Source: Wallemia ichthyophaga EXF-994 (lineage: Eukaryota; Fungi; Basidiomycota). Taken from it: a stretch of DNA of 32,000 nucleotides. The stretch is taken from assembly GCF_000400465.1 (NCBI RefSeq), contig NW_008806287.1, positions 90,001 to 122,000 of the forward strand, in the 5' to 3' direction. Shown here one piece after another: positions 31,220-32,000 of this stretch. A program made the translations under genes and the position numbers. Position 1 is the stretch's first letter. Each line of letters begins with the position of its first letter. Under the pieces are notes generated by a model. It saw only the letters and a program-made list of their open reading frames with translations, was not told the origin of the DNA and made no database searches.

Positions 31220-32000
31220 TCATACAATTTCTAATTGTTTTAACCTTTTTGTTAAAATAACAGCTTTGTCCTCATCTAGACTCGTTATTGATATTCCATC
31301 CAATACCTTTAATGTATTGCATACGCTCTTCATTATTCCCCTGTAAGCTATACGCTTTATATAATCTTCATCCTTCATCTCCATCTCTACGTACTCCTTG
31401 TCCATCTTTATCCACTCTTCCACTTTCTCAATGCTCTCACTTCTCCGTTTCACTCTAATTGCAGGTATCGCAACCGCATACTTGGTCCTTTCATCTTTTA
31501 TATCAACGTAGTACTTCCTAGTACATGGGTTGTCCCTCAAATCTAGCACTTCCAACTCTATTAAACTGCTAATCACCTCATACGCTATATCGATATTTTC
31601 AATATCACATCGATTGATGCTTAACCTTTGTAATCTATTCAGATTCGTTAGCGTTTCAACATCCTTAATTGGATTCATATTTATGTTCAACACCCTCAAA
31701 TTTGGGCATACTTCGGAGAAATTCTTTGGTAACGCTCTCAAACCACAATTTGCTATCTCCAAGTACTCCAAATGGTAACAACATTCCGCTGGAAACGTTT
31801 CAGGTAAATTGTTTCCACTCAGGTAAAGCCTCTTGATATCCCTTATATCCTTCATCGATAATTCAAAGTATTCCCCTTTTTGCTCCCTACACGATAGGTT
31901 CTCCAGCTTTTTCAATTCACTTATTCCAGATAGCGCACTTAGTTTGTTGTTGTCTATGAATAGAGTTCTGACTTTCGTTACCATTCGAACGTCTAGCGTT
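31220..32000 (-). CDS. NUD1: Leucine-rich-repeat spindle-pole/SIN scaffold, Nud1/Cdc11-like, 3' end (partial)
   Basis: Frame stays open to the window edge (TLDVRMVTKVRTL...). Serial LRRs: KLENLSCREQ, IRDIKRLYLSGN, HLEYLEIANCGL, CPNLRVLNINMN, LDLRDNP. The LRR nature is certain; orthology is recalled from basidiomycete Cdc11-like proteins. Confidence 0.62.
   Translation of the reverse strand, partial: TLDVRMVTKVRTLFIDNNKLSALSGISELKKLENLSCREQKGEYFELSMKDIRDIKRLYLSGNNLPETFPAECCYHLEYLEIANCGLRALPKNFSEVCPNLRVLNINMNPIKDVETLTNLNRLQRLSINRCDIENIDIAYEVISSLIELEVLDLRDNPCTRKYYVDIKDERTKYAVAIPAIRVKRRSESIEKVEEWIKMDKEYVEMEMKDEDYIKRIAYRGIMKSVCNTLKVLDGISITSLDEDKAVILTKRLKQLEIV

Noticed and set aside
1-32000. Mobile elements, CRISPR arrays, tRNA/rRNA or secondary-metabolite cluster
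   Set aside because: No transposase, RT or integrase ORF, terminal repeats, repeat-spacer periodicity, tRNA cloverleaf or PKS/NRPS backbone gene was seen. The content is housekeeping eukaryotic genes.

Overview
Gene-dense, intron-rich fungal DNA (about 40% GC by eye), typical of a compact basidiomycete genome. The tiny spacers, 37-55 nt introns and GTGAGT/GTTAGT/GTGCGT donors fit Wallemia, but that taxon is my inference. I reconstructed 17 protein-coding genes by hand-splicing; every complete model gave an integral codon count. In order: HIS5 (3' end), NDUFA5-type complex I subunit, ZTA1-type quinone oxidoreductase, an orphan small secreted protein, YME2, a CHS7-family protein, a Pil1/BAR-like unknown, AGC1, FDH1, ARC35/ARPC2, LAA1/HEATR5, an SCP2 sterol carrier, a ZC3HC1/Rsm1-like protein, POT1, CWH43, VPS36 and a Nud1/Cdc11-like LRR protein (3' end). 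I saw no tRNA, rRNA, transposon or CRISPR array. The fragmented ORF track reflects introns, not pseudogenes. Best leads: a 6-nt micro-exon that completes an EF-hand loop in AGC1; head-to-head ZC3HC1-like and POT1 start codons only 59 bp apart around a GCGTC repeat; operon-like 50-93 bp spacers; a 2-kb unexplained region (13172-15181) with splice signals and five ACACGT motifs; and an acidic orphan secreted protein. I cannot claim a new multi-gene system from sequence alone.
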